In this document: piece after piece, positions 9,355 to 20,172 of the stretch | Layout of the letters: every line of letters begins with the position of its first letter | Numbering within the stretch: position 1 is the stretch's first letter | Assembly: GCF_051307035.1 (NCBI RefSeq) | Contig: NZ_CP195536.1 | Span: 2,730,001 to 2,762,000 of the forward strand | DNA length: 32,000 nt | Direction of reading: 5' to 3' | DNA from: Psychrobacter sp. DM4 | Lineage (GTDB): Bacteria > Pseudomonadota > Gammaproteobacteria > Pseudomonadales > Moraxellaceae | Made by a program: the position numbers and the translations under genes | Notes under the pieces: model-generated | Databases searched by the model: none | What the model saw: only the letters and a program-made list of their open reading frames with translations | What the model was told of the DNA's origin: nothing

Positions 9355-9446
9355 ATATATTTCCTCGATTCACTAATAATTAGTTAACCAAGTTAGTTTA
9401 GCAGTTAATTTTTATATCATGAGTATCTTTTTAACCACGCACAAAG

Positions 9447-9479
9447 AAAAGCCCCCTCCGCGTTAGCGAAGGGGGCTTT
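9447..9479. terminator. Bidirectional rho-independent terminator (diverged copy of the rrn terminator)
   Basis: AAAGCCCCCTCCGC-GTTA-GCGAAGGGGGCTTT. It has the same architecture and loop as the terminator at 11029-11062. A compensated stem change (G-C here, A-T there) keeps it foldable. Confidence 0.75.
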
Positions 9480-9490
9480 ATCTAGAATAG

Positions 9491-9679
9491 AGAGCTAACG
9501 ATGACCTGAGCGCCGTAAAAATTGCATGTCAATTTTAGGCAGCGCAAGAGCCAATCCTTTAAATAGGATTGGCTGCGTAGATCACATGGGCGAACCACAC
9601 TACCATTGGCGCTACGATGTTTCACTTCTGAGTTCGGTAAGGGATCAGATGGTTTTGTCACGATATTGTCGCCGACTGA
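9491..9679 (-). pseudogene. Degenerate 5S rRNA copy interrupted by a ~74-nt insertion
   Basis: It aligns with the intact 5S at 11072-11189, including a 43-nt perfect block (9595-9637 = 11107-11149). The helix I strands no longer pair. 9508-9581 is an insertion replacing ACTC of the intact copy. Confidence 0.8.
9508..9572. repeat. ~65-nt two-hairpin repeat element, copy 1 (inside the 5S pseudogene)
   Basis: GAG..GTAAAAATTGCATGTCAATTTTAG..GCAAG..GCCAATCCT-TTAAAT-AGGATTGGC. It is homologous to 14560-14625. Confidence 0.7.
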
Positions 9680-9794
9680 AACAAATTAATCTTCTTTTAC
9701 ACATTACCAATATTTATCATAAATAACTTTAGCCAAACTTTTATAAAATAGTCGAGAATTTTACTTCACTCTACTAACGGTTAGGTAACTGACT

Positions 9795-10946
9795 ATGCTA
9801 AAGAAATTATTTAAACCAAAATTTGTCAAATACGATAATAAGTACATTACCTTAACCAAAGAAGATGACAAGATTATCGATACGATTACCGAAGATATTC
9901 GTCTGTTTGTCAAAAAGAGCAAAGCGTTAAACGATACTGATCATCATACCCGCGCCGTCCATGCCAAGAGCTATTGCGGCTTCAAAGCAAAGTTCGAAAT
10001 CTTAGACAACCTGCCTAAAGAATACGCTCAGGGTCTATACGCCAAACCCAGTATTCATGACGCGGCAATCAGATTCTCTAATTCATCATCGGCAATTGAT
10101 GCTGATAGGAGACTAGGGTTAGCGATTGGACTAGCGATAAAGATATTTGATGTTCCCGGTAAAAAGCTAGCACCAGGCGAAGAAGACAGCCAAAATGTGG
10201 ATTATGCGCTAGTAAATAGTCCTATCTTCTTTACCAATCAGCTCACAGATTATGCTTATTTATCCAAGCTTAACTTTGGACTTAATGGTTATCTAGGCGA
10301 AGGTTTGATAGGTAGAGGCAAGTTCGTCTTCAACTGGTTGACTCATTACGGCAAAGAGCTCCCTGATATCGAAGGGGTACGCACGCTCAATGCTTTTAGA
10401 AAGATACTCACTACTGCGCCGAAGAATCCACTACTTTATAGCTTCTTTTCACAAGGCGCGTTTCGTCATGGCGATTACATGGCAAAGGTAAGAGTGAAGC
10501 CTACCGAAGCTTCTAATGCCAAGGTCAAGCAGCGTACCATTCATCTATTCACCAAAGACGAAGCCATTCGTCCAACGATCATCGATGAAATCAGAGAGCA
10601 CGACTATCAGTTCGACATTCAAATTCAGCTTTGTCAAAATATTAAGAAGCAGCCTATTGAGGGGCTGACCAAAGAATGGAAGGAGTTGGATGCGCCATTT
10701 GTTACGGTGGCGACTTTGACCATACCTTGTCAGGATATTCCCGAGGACGGTAACGTAGCGGCGATAGAAGACGTGAGCTTTACCACGTTTCGCTGTTTAG
10801 AAGAGAATCGTCCAATCGGTAAGTTACAGCAGTCACGTTTGCGAGCTTATCAAGCGTCTTCTAAAGCCCGTCATGAGCATAACGCAGCTAAGCGCGAAGA
10901 GCCTACTAGCTTAAAGCAGATCTTTAATAAGTCAGCTGCGGAGTAA
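9795..10946 (+). CDS. Catalase-related heme protein (small 'mini-catalase' family)
   Basis: 383 aa with the distal-His motif RAVHAKS (His56). It also has a proximal-Tyr motif SRLRAYQASSKAR (Arg348, Tyr352) resembling catalase R..xY...R. It is much shorter than monofunctional catalases. Confidence 0.75.
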   Translation: MLKKLFKPKFVKYDNKYITLTKEDDKIIDTITEDIRLFVKKSKALNDTDHHTRAVHAKSYCGFKAKFEILDNLPKEYAQGLYAKPSIHDAAIRFSNSSSAIDADRRLGLAIGLAIKIFDVPGKKLAPGEEDSQNVDYALVNSPIFFTNQLTDYAYLSKLNFGLNGYLGEGLIGRGKFVFNWLTHYGKELPDIEGVRTLNAFRKILTTAPKNPLLYSFFSQGAFRHGDYMAKVRVKPTEASNAKVKQRTIHLFTKDEAIRPTIIDEIREHDYQFDIQIQLCQNIKKQPIEGLTKEWKELDAPFVTVATLTIPCQDIPEDGNVAAIEDVSFTTFRCLEENRPIGKLQQSRLRAYQASSKARHEHNAAKREEPTSLKQIFNKSAAE

Positions 10947-10978
10947 TTAGCTTGCTTACCATAAACGCTTAAAGTAAA

Positions 10979-11008
10979 ACCATCATTCTTACGAGTGATG
11001 GTCTTTTT
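10979..11008 (+). terminator. Rho-independent terminator of the catalase-related gene
   Basis: ACCATCATTC-TTAC-GAGTGATGGT: a 10-bp stem (one G-U pair) followed by TCTTTTT. Confidence 0.75.
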
Positions 11009-11028
11009 ATATAAACCCCTGACGAAAC

Positions 11029-11062
11029 AAAACCCCCTCACGCGTTAGCGTAAGGGGGTTTT
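11029..11062 (-). terminator. rrn operon terminator (bidirectional hairpin)
   Basis: AAAACCCCCTCACGC-GTTA-GCGTAAGGGGGTTTT, immediately downstream of 5S in the minus sense, with A/T runs on both sides. Confidence 0.85.
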
Positions 11063-11071
11063 GAGGAATAG

Positions 11072-11189
11072 AGCGCTGACGATGACCTACTCTCACATGG
11101 CCGGAGCCACACTACCATTGGCGCTACGATGTTTCACTTCTGAGTTCGGGAAGGGATCAGGTGGTGCCATCGTGCTATTGTCGTCAGCA
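11072..11189 (-). rRNA. rrf: 5S ribosomal RNA
   Basis: The reverse complement reads TGCTGACGACAATAGCACGATGGCACCACCTGATCCCTTCCCGAACTCAGAAGTGAAAC...GTAGGTCATCGTCAGCGCT, with complementary termini forming helix I. Ends are +/- a few nt. Confidence 0.9.
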
Positions 11190-11306
11190 AAGGGGTTAGA
11201 TATGAGTCTGTGTTGTTTTACTTATTTTGACTAAGTATCACTATTCCTGAATCAAGGATATAGGTGATATCGAAATAGTTGCTTGATACAAACCACTTGG
11301 GTGTTG

Positions 11307-14168
<2,862 letters not shown>

Positions 14169-14482
14169 TACAACCCCAAAGGGTCTTTGTCTCACAATTA
14201 TAACGATATCACCTATGTTTACGCTTGATTCAGTTCTCTTATTACTTTTTAATAACTCACCCCTGGGATAACAACTGATGTCGTTAAGAGGTGAGCTATT
14301 AAGGTTAAGATTAACGCGTGAACACGTTAGTCCTAACCCAGACTCATATCTATGTTTTTAAATAGTTCCTGTATCTTCGTCAGATTCCAGGTTCTGTATA
14401 AAACAGAAGTAAATAATCATCAACGATTACTTAATTCTGTTTATGCTCTCTATAATATTCTATCTAATCGCGCTGTTTATAA

Positions 14483-14558
14483 TGGTGGAGCCAAACGGAG
14501 TCGAACCGTTGACCTCCTGCGTGCAAGGCAGGCGCTCTACCAACTGAGCTATGGCCCC
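14483..14558 (-). tRNA. tRNA-Ala (anticodon UGC)
   Basis: The reverse complement GGGGCCATAGCTCAGTTGGTAGAGCGCCTGCCTTGCACGCAGGAGGTCAACGGTTCGACTCCGTTTGGCTCCACCA folds as a cloverleaf, with the G3:U70 identity pair and an encoded CCA. Confidence 0.97.
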
Positions 14559-14559
14559 T

Positions 14560-14625
14560 GAGAAGCGTGTAAAAATTGCACTGCAATTTTAGCTTCGCAA
14601 GGAAAATCCTTTAAATAGGATTTTC
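14560..14625. repeat. ~65-nt two-hairpin repeat element, copy 2 (tRNA-Ala/tRNA-Ile spacer)
   Basis: GAGAAGCGTGTAAAAATTGCACTGCAATTTTAGCTTCGCAAG-GAAAATCCT-TTAAAT-AGGATTTTC. It is homologous to 9508-9572. Confidence 0.7.
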
Positions 14626-14687
14626 AAAAAGCTTTAATTACTTTTAGCTCATGCAATGTAACGACTGTTCTAACTACCGCTTAATAA

Positions 14688-14764
14688 TGGTAGGCCTGGG
14701 CAGACTTGAACTGCCGACCCCCGCGTTATCAACACGGTGCTCTAACCAGCTGAGCTACAGGCCT
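14688..14764 (-). tRNA. tRNA-Ile (anticodon GAU)
   Basis: The reverse complement AGGCCTGTAGCTCAGCTGGTTAGAGCACCGTGTTGATAACGCGGGGGTCGGCAGTTCAAGTCTGCCCAGGCCTACCA is a canonical cloverleaf in the usual ITS position. Confidence 0.97.
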
Positions 14765-14802
14765 ATGTCTGCCTGTAAAGGCAAAGCTAATAAACTAGCT
14801 TA

Positions 14803-14821
14803 AAACTAAAGAACAACTTGT
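14803..14821 (-). other. 3' strand of the pre-16S processing (RNase III-type) stem
   Basis: This 19-nt segment is the perfect reverse complement of 16592-16610, so the two flank the 16S gene. Confidence 0.6.
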
Positions 14822-14852
14822 TGTGAATTCTTGCCAAGATGAATGCTGTCTA

Positions 14853-16392
<1,540 letters not shown>

Positions 16393-16591
16393 AATCTTGC
16401 TATGAAGCTCTTTAAAGAAGCTTCTAAACTTGGCTCATCTAATCTGGCAAAATCGCTTTAAATTATGTTCGTAATGAATTAACTTTGAGTTTTTCTGCTG
16501 ACTAAATGATAATTTTTATAGTTAATAACTCCTCCGAAAAGAAGAAGTAGTCAACTTTATTTTTAGCATTCTTGTCTCAGCAAAAATCCAC

Positions 16592-16610
16592 ACAAGTTGT
16601 TCTTTAGTTT
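16592..16610 (-). other. 5' strand of the pre-16S processing stem in the rrn leader
   Basis: Perfect 19-nt complement of 14803-14821. Confidence 0.6.
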
Positions 16611-16721
16611 CGCTTTTAAATAGTGTCTCACCTCTGTCGTCCAGTAGGTAAGTATATCCCTTCAATTTGAAGGTTGCTAATAACGAATCCCTTACAGGCT
16701 TTGCTATCTAGCGAGCCGACT

Positions 16722-16749
16722 ATCTTATCATAATGATTGATATTGTCAA
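16722..16749 (-). promoter_or_regulatory. Possible third (proximal) rrn promoter
   Basis: Minus strand TTGACA-N16-TAAGAT. The -35 is consensus but the -10 is weak. Confidence 0.35.
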
Positions 16750-16840
16750 GCTCTTTTATAATTTGTTTCATCCGATTCGCTGGTCGCTATCACTAAGTGT
16801 TCTTAGTGTTTAACCGCTAGCTTGTCTCGATGAGGTGCGT

Positions 16841-16868
16841 ATTATAGACGGTTAAATTGTGGTGTCAA
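16841..16868 (-). promoter_or_regulatory. rrn promoter (P2-like)
   Basis: Minus strand TTGACA-N16-TATAAT, followed by the GC-rich discriminator ACGCACC. An AT-rich UP-element-like tract lies upstream (16869-16900). Confidence 0.75.
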
Positions 16869-16999
16869 GAGGTTATTTAATTTAGTTTGAATGTTTTTAT
16901 TTGAACTACTAAGGTAGTTTGTTTTAACGTTCATTCTAATTATTGGTTCGCTCAATGATAATTCACTTCGCAATCCGCTTTCCCTTTCAACTGGGGCGC

Positions 17000-17027
17000 A
17001 TTATACGTAGATTTTAGATTCGGTCAA
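17000..17027 (-). promoter_or_regulatory. rrn promoter (P1-like)
   Basis: Minus strand TTGACC-N16-TATAAT, followed by the GC-rich discriminator GCGCCCC. Confidence 0.75.
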
Positions 17028-17501
17028 GCGGTTTGAGAGATTTATTTTATATGGTGAGATTTACTATGATTTTGGTGCGTTGGGCGCAGCCTACTGATTG
17101 TTCTTATTATGTGTCAACGACTTCTGGCTATTGATACCTATATAGAAGACTCTAATTCAGACTACTACATGTTAAAAGAACGCAATCTCGCCGTTAGCCT
17201 TGATATGAGTAAGGGAAAAGCAAATGTCTGGGAGACAGTTGCCCTGACGCAAGAGAACATTTACGATTTTCTGTATGTATAGATTTTACTAGGACTCCTT
17301 ATATACTGAGATACCTTGAAGTTTAGGCAGCAACCTACAGAGTGTACTAGATACAAGCAAATAGCGAGATTAGCTACAAAAAATCGTTTATAATAGCCGT
17401 CACCTAGACAACCTATATATGATAACTAGCACTATTGCTGGTTTTTCTGTTTTAATAGCCGTCAGTCATTGATAGCGTTTTAATAAATTTTGGATAAGAT
17501 T

Positions 17502-19436
17502 ATGGTAGCGATTACTTTACCCGATGGTAGCGTAAAAGAGTTTGAGGGCAACACCACGGTCATGGAAGTGGCGCAAAGCATTGGACCGGGCTTGGCAAAA
17601 GCCACCGTTGCTGGACGAGTAGATGGTCACTTAGTAGATACCTCCGACCCTATCGCTCATGATGCCAAAGTTCAAATCGTTACAGCAAAGGATGATGATG
17701 GCGTTGATATCATTCGTCACTCAGCCGCGCATTTGCTCGGTCATGCGGTCAAGCAGCTCTATCCTGACGTGAAGATGGTCATCGGTCCTGTCATTGAAGA
17801 TGGCTTTTATTATGACATCTTTAGCGAAACGCCGTTCACGCCTGAGCATATGGAAGCGATCGAAAAGCGCATGATAGCATTGATAAAACAGGACTATGAC
17901 GTCATAAAGAAGATAACGCCACGTGATGACGTAATCAAGATATTTGAAGCGCGCGGTGAAGACTATAAGCTAAAGCTCATTAATGACATGCCAGGCGAAG
18001 AAGCTTTTGGTCTGTATCATCATCAAGAATATGTTGATATGTGCCGTGGCCCGCATGTGCCAAATACTAGATTCTTAAAAGTATTTAAGCTAACTAAAAT
18101 GTCGGGTGCTTATTGGCGCGGCGATGCCAAAAATGAGCAGTTACAACGTATTTATGGCACGGCTTGGGCGGATAAAAAAGATCTAAAAGCCTATATTCAA
18201 CGTATTGAAGAAGCGGAAAAGCGTGACCACCGTAAGATTGGTAAGGCACTAAACCTATTTCATATGCAAGAGCAAGCGCCGGGTATGGTGTTTTGGCATG
18301 CTAATGGCTGGACGATTTATCAAGTACTTGAGCAATATATGCGTAAAGTGCAATATGATAATGGCTATGAAGAGATTAAAACACCGCAAATCGTCGATCG
18401 TAGCTTGTGGGAGCGCTCAGGGCATTGGGGCAATTATGGCTCTAATATGTTCACTACGTCTAGTGAAAACCGTGATTATGCGGTAAAACCGATGAACTGC
18501 CCTTGTCATGTGCAAGTGTTTAACCAAGGCCTCAAGTCTTACCGTGATTTGCCACTGCGTATGGCGGAGTTTGGCTCTTGTCACCGTAACGAGCCGTCAG
18601 GGTCGCTACATGGTTTGATGCGCGTACGGGGATTTACGCAAGATGATGCGCATATATTTTGTACGCAGGCACAGATTCAGCAAGAGGTGGCAGAATTCAT
18701 CAAGCTAACTCTGGCGGTTTATGAAGACTTTGGTTTTGATAACATTATTATGAAGCTCTCTACGCGTCCTGAGAAACGTGTCGGCTCTGATGAGTCTTGG
18801 GACTTTGCCGAAAAAGCTCTAGCAGATGCACTCGATAGCTCTGGTCTCGATTGGGATTATCTACCAGGAGAAGGCGCGTTTTATGGGCCTAAGATTGAGT
18901 TCAGTCTTAAAGATAGCTTAGGGCGCGTATGGCAATGCGGTACTATTCAGGTCGATCCGAATATGCCAGAGCGACTCGATGCTGAATTCGTCAATGAAGA
19001 AGGCGAGCGTGAAGTACCGATTATGCTTCATCGTGCCATACTAGGGTCGTTTGAGCGCTTTATCGGTATTTTGATCGAAAACTATGCTGGTTGGATGCCC
19101 GTTTGGCTTGCGCCGCAGCAAGTTGTCGTGATGAATATCACTCATAAACAGGCAGAAGTTTGCGAAAATGTAGTAAAAGAGCTCAAAAACGTAGGCTTGC
19201 GTGCTATTAGCGACTTGCGTAACGAAAAGATTGGATTTAAGATACGAGAGAAAACATTAGAACGCATTCCCTATATGCTAGTATTAGGGGATAAAGAAGT
19301 CGAAGCGGGCAACGTCAATGTCCGTACACGTGAAGGTGAGAACCTAGGCGTGATGAGTGTCAATGAATTTATCGCATTAGTACAGACCGCTGTTGGTGCA
19401 AAAGGCCGACAGACCCCAAAAACAGATGAGGAGTAA
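17502..19436 (+). CDS. thrS: Threonine--tRNA ligase
   Basis: Colinear with E. coli ThrRS from MVAITLPDG (MPVITLPDG in E. coli), through class II motifs (FRNEPSG-like [26 protein letters not shown]), to the anticodon-binding domain. The track's TTG at 17490 adds 4 unsupported residues. Confidence 0.95.
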   Translation: MVAITLPDGSVKEFEGNTTVMEVAQSIGPGLAKATVAGRVDGHLVDTSDPIAHDAKVQIVTAKDDDGVDIIRHSAAHLLGHAVKQLYPDVKMVIGPVIEDGFYYDIFSETPFTPEHMEAIEKRMIALIKQDYDVIKKITPRDDVIKIFEARGEDYKLKLINDMPGEEAFGLYHHQEYVDMCRGPHVPNTRFLKVFKLTKMSGAYWRGDAKNEQLQRIYGTAWADKKDLKAYIQRIEEAEKRDHRKIGKALNLFHMQEQAPGMVFWHANGWTIYQVLEQYMRKVQYDNGYEEIKTPQIVDRSLWERSGHWGNYGSNMFTTSSENRDYAVKPMNCPCHVQVFNQGLKSYRDLPLRMAEFGSCHRNEPSGSLHGLMRVRGFTQDDAHIFCTQAQIQQEVAEFIKLTLAVYEDFGFDNIIMKLSTRPEKRVGSDESWDFAEKALADALDSSGLDWDYLPGEGAFYGPKIEFSLKDSLGRVWQCGTIQVDPNMPERLDAEFVNEEGEREVPIMLHRAILGSFERFIGILIENYAGWMPVWLAPQQVVVMNITHKQAEVCENVVKELKNVGLRAISDLRNEKIGFKIREKTLERIPYMLVLGDKEVEAGNVNVRTREGENLGVMSVNEFIALVQTAVGAKGRQTPKTDEE

Positions 19437-19441
19437 TACCT

Positions 19442-19963
19442 ATTAAACAGTCAAACCGTTTAAACATTAACGAAGATATCAACGTCAAAGAAGTTCGTCT
19501 GGTTAAAGAAGATGGTGAACAGATGGGCGTCGTCGATATCGAAACCGCGATGAGAACGGCTCGTGAGGACAACTTAGATTTGGTTGAATTGGTCCCAGAT
19601 GCCAAGCCGCCAGTATGCAAGATCATGGATTATAAGCATTATCTCTATGATCAAAAGCAAAAGGCAAAAGAGGCGAAGAAGAACCAAAAACAAACTCAGT
19701 TGAAAGAGATGAAACTGCGTCCGAGCACTGACGAGGCCGATTATCAAGTCAAATTGCGCAAAATTGTCAGCTTCTTAGAGGATCAGGACAAAGTGAAAGT
19801 CAGTATTCGCTTCCGTGGTCGTGAAATGGCGCACCAAGATTTGGGTCGCAAGCAGCTTGAGCGTATTATCGAAGATACTGCTGAGTTATCCAATGTCGAG
19901 CAACATCCTAAGATGGAAGGTCGTCAGATGGGTATGCTACTTGGCCCCACTAGAAAAAAATAG
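19442..19963 (+). CDS. infC: Translation initiation factor IF-3, with non-canonical AUU start
   Basis: In-frame translation from ATT at 19442 gives [31 protein letters not shown], colinear with the E. coli IF3 N-terminus. A GAGGAG Shine-Dalgarno at 19428-19433 lies inside the thrS 3' end. The ORF track (19523) only starts at the first internal Met. Confidence 0.9.
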   Translation: MKQSNRLNINEDINVKEVRLVKEDGEQMGVVDIETAMRTAREDNLDLVELVPDAKPPVCKIMDYKHYLYDQKQKAKEAKKNQKQTQLKEMKLRPSTDEADYQVKLRKIVSFLEDQDKVKVSIRFRGREMAHQDLGRKQLERIIEDTAELSNVEQHPKMEGRQMGMLLGPTRKK

Positions 19964-20013
19964 CTGAATACTTATTTAGATCTTTATATTCAAGCAACGT
20001 ATTTGTACTTTTT

Positions 20014-20049
20014 AACCATCAATATGCTGCGGGATATTGATGGTTTTTT
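20014..20049 (+). terminator. Rho-independent terminator after infC
   Basis: A 12-bp perfect stem AACCATCAATAT-(8 nt)-ATATTGATGGTT, followed by TTTT. Confidence 0.85.
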
Positions 20050-20172
20050 ACTTTAAAAGCCTATTATTTATTACCATCTATAACGACAAAGCACTACCCT
20101 TTATTAAGTTAAAATTATAATAATTAGAACCTACATTTGTATTTAAAGATATTAATAACTAAAGGAGATGTT

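Noticed and set aside
7918-9446. Calling the AT-rich Toprim islet an integrative mobile element or prophage remnant.
   Set aside because: I found no integrase, transposase, IS termini or flanking direct repeats. Only composition and context suggest horizontal origin, so it is reported as an islet, not a mobile element.
9526-9726. 66-aa ORF on the plus strand.
   Set aside because: It is made up almost entirely of the antisense of the 5S pseudogene and its inserted repeat. It has no Shine-Dalgarno, and the sequence is explained by the RNA-gene homology.
16393-16440. A boxA-like antiterminator (CTTCTTTAAAGA) just upstream of 16S.
   Set aside because: It matches the consensus only partially, lies within ~20 nt of the mature 16S 5' end (atypical), and is part of a local palindrome. 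This is too weak to annotate as a feature.
17169-17282. 37-codon ORF (MLKERNLAVSLDMSKGKANVWETVALTQENIYDFLYV) between the rrn promoters and thrS, considered as a leader peptide.
   Set aside because: It has no Shine-Dalgarno, no Thr-codon enrichment expected of a thrS attenuation leader, and no supporting homology. It cannot be distinguished from a chance ORF.
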